Under the pieces are notes generated by a model. The model had not been told where the DNA came from. It made no database searches and saw nothing but the letters and a program-made list of their open reading frames with translations. Shown here piece by piece: positions 60,948 through 64,000 of a DNA stretch of 64,000 nt (the first letter of the stretch is position 1; each line of letters opens with the position of its first letter). The stretch lies in the IMG/VR virus record IMGVR_UViG_3300003322_000571, positions 124,001-188,000 of that record; one strand, written 5' to 3'. Made by a program: the position numbers and the translations under genes.

Positions 60948-61289
60948 ATGAGCAATCTCAACCCACAAGCATCTGACCTGAAGGTCTATACCGCTTACAA
61001 CCGGCTTGATCGCAGCCAAAGCCTGATGGTTGTTGCTGCTGAAGATGTCGAAGCGAAGTTTAAGGTACTTGACAAGATTGGCTACTGGATCGTTGAAGAT
61101 ACAAACGACCGTAAGCGTTGGAATCTTGTCGATGCTGATGATATTTCGATCGTCGAAGCTGCTTTGAAAAGTGCTGATTTGGAAGACGCGTACAATGAAG
61201 CCTTGGGATTGATTTCGTGGACGGTTACTGAACCTACAGAATTGATCGGCGGATCTCTCGGCGCTGGTTTTGGACTGGAAGAACAATGA
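60948..61289 (+). CDS. Hypothetical acidic protein
   Basis: Coupled ORF. Confidence 0.7.
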   Translation: MSNLNPQASDLKVYTAYNRLDRSQSLMVVAAEDVEAKFKVLDKIGYWIVEDTNDRKRWNLVDADDISIVEAALKSADLEDAYNEALGLISWTVTEPTELIGGSLGAGFGLEEQ

Positions 61290-61531
61290 GTATCACAGAA
61301 CAACTCGCAGCGATTGCTGAAGTAACCGACGACGTTATTATTCGGTCGTTGCTGGAAACTCGCAAGATTAATCCCGAACTGTACCCCGATGATCAGGAAT
61401 TTCTGATCATCGTCATTCAATGCTTGGCACTGAATGCACAAATCACAAGATCATCACTGGTTGATTACGTAAAGAACCTCCGTCCGGAAGCTTATTACAT
61501 CAACCAACAGAACGAACAAAACTGGACATAA
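61286..61531 (+). CDS. Hypothetical protein
   Basis: Coupled ORF. Confidence 0.7.
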   Translation: MSITEQLAAIAEVTDDVIIRSLLETRKINPELYPDDQEFLIIVIQCLALNAQITRSSLVDYVKNLRPEAYYINQQNEQNWT

Positions 61532-61541
61532 GGAATAGAAT

Positions 61542-62129
61542 ATGAAACTGACGTTGCGCCAAGCTCACAAGATCGTTGACAAGATCAACGCACGACTCGT
61601 CGAAGTTAACGTAGATGCAAACCCGACGCTGTCGGCGTATAACATCACCGATCCGGCGGTTGCTTTGGACGAAGCTAAGAAGGCGTTCGAAGCTGAACTC
61701 GGCCGATACATGTCGTTGATCGCCGCCCGTTCGTTCATTCGTGCACAAGTCGCGTACGCAAACGCACATGAAGTCGACACGCTGGTTGCTCGCCGTAAGG
61801 CTTCGCTCGATATCATCGCGAAGTACCGTTCGGTCAAGGAATCGTACAACGAACGTGCTCTGGCAACGCCTGAAGCACTTGGTGCAAAGGTTAATGCAGT
61901 TCTTGAAGCTGCAAAGACAACGACGTCGCTGTACGGGTCGACTGACCAAATCACGGTCAGCGTGATGGACAAGCAGTACGTCGCTGATCTGGACGACAAG
62001 ATCCAGAGCCTGCAGTTGACGATCGAAGCGATCGAAGATCAACTGACGACGGCAAACGCCAGCACGACGATCGAACTGCAAGAAGACGTTCGTCTCGTCC
62101 TGGTTAACGAGAAGATTTTGGGAGAGTGA
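61542..62129 (+). CDS. Coiled-coil hypothetical protein
   Basis: AAGGA RBS; strong codon bias. Confidence 0.8.
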   Translation: MKLTLRQAHKIVDKINARLVEVNVDANPTLSAYNITDPAVALDEAKKAFEAELGRYMSLIAARSFIRAQVAYANAHEVDTLVARRKASLDIIAKYRSVKESYNERALATPEALGAKVNAVLEAAKTTTSLYGSTDQITVSVMDKQYVADLDDKIQSLQLTIEAIEDQLTTANASTTIELQEDVRLVLVNEKILGE

Positions 62130-62368
62130 TCTCACACGCGAAGTGGACCAGCTTCGAATCGAGGACTACAGCGTTTTTCTTTCGCAAGAAAGAACAACAA
62201 CCACCTTAATGGCAACTGGTCTCTTGTTATACGTGCGCTAATTACACCCTGTTTGTTGGATTGATGGATAGTCGTACGTTCTCAGGCCTCTAATTGTTAG
62301 ATTGTGCAATTGTTTGATTGTCAGAAATTGTACCTTCTTTCGTTGTCTACCACTTCGCACCTGATGTA

Positions 62369-62398
62369 AAAAGCCGGCTAAACACCGGCTTTTCTTAT
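62369..62398 (+). terminator. Intrinsic terminator
   Basis: AAAAGCCGG/CCGGCTTTT. Confidence 0.75.
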
Positions 62399-62408
62399 TG
62401 GAGAAAAC

Positions 62409-63161
62409 ATGTCACACCTTTCATTTGTTTCGTACACTGGTGCGGACGATAACACAAACGTAGAAGCACTTGCACGTTTTGTCGAAGGAAACTCACCTAC
62501 GCCTCTTTCCAAAAACGTTGAGATTGCATTGCTGTACTTCCCGGAAAAGGAAGGTCAGAACCGTAATCCAACAAAGAATAAGCGGCTTGAGATCATTGAA
62601 GCGCTTCCAAGGCACAATCTTGCAGTCCATCTCTGCGGTGAGCAAGTGTTTCGACAGATTCTCGAAAACGACAAAGATGTGTTCGATGAACTCGATCAGT
62701 ATAGTCGCATTCAGTTGAACATCAATGCTCGGAAACAGTTGTTTACGCCGCAGGAAGTCGAAGATGTGTATTACACATTGTGGAACCGTGATTATCAATT
62801 GATCTTGCAACACCACGAGAGCACACGATTCATTGTTGAAGATTTTGCGTACTCTCGTTTCCGTACGGGGTATAACGTTCCGCACATTTTGTTTGATACA
62901 TCTCGCGGAAAGGGAATTGCACCTGAAATCGTGCCGCATCCTTTGCCGTGGTTGTCGTGCGGTTACGCCGGCGGTCTTAACAAAGACAACATTGCAACTG
63001 TGCGTTGTGATGTCGAAGCAATCTATCAACACATTGAGAACAGTATTACGAGCTACATTGGTGAATTTTGGATGGATCTGGAAACGGGTGCTCGAACCAA
63101 TAACGAATTTGACCTTGACGTTTGCCAACAAATCCAGGATGCTGTCAGCATTACAAAATAA
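62409..63161 (+). CDS. TIM-barrel protein, phosphoribosylanthranilate-isomerase-like
   Basis: TGAD...HLCG...RIQLN...LFD.S.G.G...GYAGGL..DN...W.D.E.G.R. Confidence 0.65.
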   Translation: MSHLSFVSYTGADDNTNVEALARFVEGNSPTPLSKNVEIALLYFPEKEGQNRNPTKNKRLEIIEALPRHNLAVHLCGEQVFRQILENDKDVFDELDQYSRIQLNINARKQLFTPQEVEDVYYTLWNRDYQLILQHHESTRFIVEDFAYSRFRTGYNVPHILFDTSRGKGIAPEIVPHPLPWLSCGYAGGLNKDNIATVRCDVEAIYQHIENSITSYIGEFWMDLETGARTNNEFDLDVCQQIQDAVSITK

Positions 63162-63176
63162 GAGGGAAGACCCGTA

Positions 63177-63740
63177 ATGCTATTCGCCATTTCAGGTTCA
63201 CAAGGAACCGGTAAGAGCACATTGCTGAACGCACTTAACTACCCGACTATCGAGCGAAAAACGTCTCGTTCGATTCTTGCGGATTGGGGTGTGACGCTTT
63301 CGCAAGTAAATAACGACCGACCGCTAACGATCAAATTTCAAGACGAAATCCTGCTACGCAAAGTACAGGATGAAAAAGATGCGGTCGACTCGAGTGAAAT
63401 CTACTTCACCGAACGCACATATGCCGATCTGTTTGTTTATGCGCTTGTTGCAATTGGCAAGGATAACGAATACAGTGATTGGCTCGATGATTATTACCAT
63501 CGCTGTGCGGAAGCACAAAAATCGTACCAACGTGTGTTCTATCTAACCGGTGGTCATTTTCGCCCTGTAAACGACGGTGTTCGCGCTATCAACCAGCATT
63601 ACAGCAAGATGGTTGATATGACGATGCTCGAATACACGAAGCGGATGTTTGACCTAGGTGGTGGACTTCAATTCATTGATACGCCTGATATCAATGAGCG
63701 CGTACGATTGGTCCAGCAACAAGTTCAAATCCAACAATAA
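63177..63740 (+). CDS. P-loop nucleotide kinase (AAA_28/NadR-like)
   Basis: ISGSQGTGKSTLL, FTERT..D. Confidence 0.85.
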   Translation: MLFAISGSQGTGKSTLLNALNYPTIERKTSRSILADWGVTLSQVNNDRPLTIKFQDEILLRKVQDEKDAVDSSEIYFTERTYADLFVYALVAIGKDNEYSDWLDDYYHRCAEAQKSYQRVFYLTGGHFRPVNDGVRAINQHYSKMVDMTMLEYTKRMFDLGGGLQFIDTPDINERVRLVQQQVQIQQ

Positions 63741-63755
63741 GAGAAACGTTTTTAT

Positions 63756-64000
63756 ATGTCCAATAACGAAGGTAAGTACCTGAAGCAAGCTGGCGGCCGA
63801 CTGTTCCGCTTTAATGATTACTCGAAGCACATGCCTCACCTCAAGTTCGAGTATGACGAGGACTACTACCCTGAAGATAGCGATCTGCCAGATCCACAGA
63901 TTGATCCGTTCATCCCTGGTCTTCGTGTCGAACTAAACAAGGTCGGCGTTAACGGCGTCCATCTTCCTATCAAGTTCCTCCGTCGGGACGGTACGGTGCA
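63756..64000 (+). CDS. folE2: GTP cyclohydrolase I type FolE2 (5' part)
   Basis: DLPDPQ...LNKVGVNGVHLPI matches the FolE2 N-terminus; runs off window. Confidence 0.75.
   Translation, partial: MSNNEGKYLKQAGGRLFRFNDYSKHMPHLKFEYDEDYYPEDSDLPDPQIDPFIPGLRVELNKVGVNGVHLPIKFLRRDGTV

Noticed and set aside
11500-64000. Stop-codon reassignment
   Set aside because: Genes tile densely in the standard code, with TAA, TGA and occasional TAG acting as real stops
1-64000. Integrase, transposase, reverse transcriptase or DGR
   Set aside because: No catalytic motifs or template/variable repeat pair were recognisable in this window

Overview
This window looks like 64 kb of a T4-like jumbo dsDNA phage genome (about 50% GC), probably infecting a GC-rich, type-IV-piliated proteobacterium; both are inferences. 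It has five parts. (1) 1-3.9 kb: tail fibre genes with a peptidase-S74 chaperone domain and a metallophosphoesterase. (2) 3.9-10.1 kb: a leftward block of small genes including MazG and five tandem paralogues. (3) 10.3-11.5 kb: a repeat-rich non-coding strand switch that may be an origin or genome terminus. (4) 11.5-38 kb: an early or host-takeover region built from dozens of one-gene cassettes, each with its own sigma70-type promoter (TTGACN-17-GATACT/TATTAT). (5) 38-64 kb: polycistronic accessory and metabolic genes, including four tandem paralogues, an ACP-like domain, a bL12-like domain, a GNAT, an amidoligase-like protein, PTH2-like, QueD-like and macrodomain proteins, tRNA-Ala, tRNA-Pro, a Rap1a-like protein, a kinase and FolE2. 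The most unusual signals are non-coding. More than 25 early promoters are self-complementary around their -10 box, with covarying stems and G-T wobbles on the + strand; some of these stems also cover the downstream RBS. A set of minus-strand promoters drives candidate small RNAs: three copies of one share a 19-nt core, and another displays an anti-Shine-Dalgarno loop. All family calls come from motif recognition by eye, not database searches.
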